NCBI GenBank assembly: GCA_018671575.1
Contig: JABHHM010000276.1
Span: forward strand, 1-15,643
Length of the DNA: 15,643 nucleotides
Direction: 5' to 3'
DNA from: Methylococcales bacterium
GTDB lineage: Bacteria > Pseudomonadota > Gammaproteobacteria > JABHGC01
Shown: positions 15,536-15,643 of the stretch, in pieces
Layout of the letters: each line of letters opens with the position of its first letter
Position numbering within the stretch: position 1 is the first letter of the stretch
Translations under genes and position numbers: made by a program
The notes under the pieces: model-generated
Told to the model about the DNA's origin: nothing
The model's database searches: none
Seen by the model: the letters and a program-made list of their open reading frames with translations, nothing else

Positions 15536-15643
15536 ATAGACCATTCGCAGAATATTTGCCCGTCAGGGCATCATGTTCCCATGAAGGCCATGAGTTTTTT
15601 TCTTCATTATCTTCATGCGTATCATGGTTAAGGGGAAGCGAAA

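Noticed and set aside
15466-15643. Possible CRISPR array (repeated hairpin units separated by unique sequence)
   Set aside because: Only about two units are visible. The unit lengths, spacing and degree of divergence do not match CRISPR arrays, and no cas genes are present. The 'spacer' is itself a copy of a dispersed repeat module found at 7620-7658, so a composite intergenic repeat is the better interpretation.
1-15643. tRNA/rRNA genes, integrases, transposases, toxin-antitoxin or defence-system genes
   Set aside because: No cloverleaf-compatible segments, rRNA-like conserved stretches or ORFs with such motifs were seen. All intergenic gaps except 12430-12788 are shorter than 220 nt.

Overview
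AT-rich 15.6 kb chromosomal segment, almost certainly from a chemolithoautotrophic sulfur-oxidising gammaproteobacterium. It carries a stand-alone soxB and a stand-alone phosphoribulokinase among housekeeping genes, and LpxH restricts it to beta/gamma-proteobacteria. Fifteen protein-coding genes are supportable. On the + strand: an NfeD/YqiJ-like membrane protein and a YqiK-like flotillin (SPFH) protein as an operon; a TetR-family regulator; a DUF4124+SLT lytic transglycosylase, a translationally coupled 73-aa Cys-containing ORF and SoxB; dapF overlapping a GT9 heptosyltransferase; a Tat-signal SLT-domain protein; phosphoribulokinase and a small CDA-fold guanine deaminase. On the - strand: glnS, ppiA, ppiB and lpxH as a convergent block. 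No rRNA, tRNA, CRISPR array, transposase, integrase or recognisable defence or toxin genes were seen, so gene content is ordinary core-genome. What the gene models leave unexplained is non-coding. A family of short dispersed intergenic repeats built from shared modules occurs at the window start and at about 7.5, 10.4 and 15.5 kb, and includes a perfect 24-bp inverted repeat. A conserved motif sits just 3' of two unrelated genes. A 24-nt palindrome lies between convergent genes. A perfect 17-bp tandem duplication creates a mini-uORF on the tetR start. A 360-bp gap holds a long start-less open frame. All coordinates and motif matches were read by eye from the sequence. No database search was run, so every functional name is family-level inference from remembered motifs.
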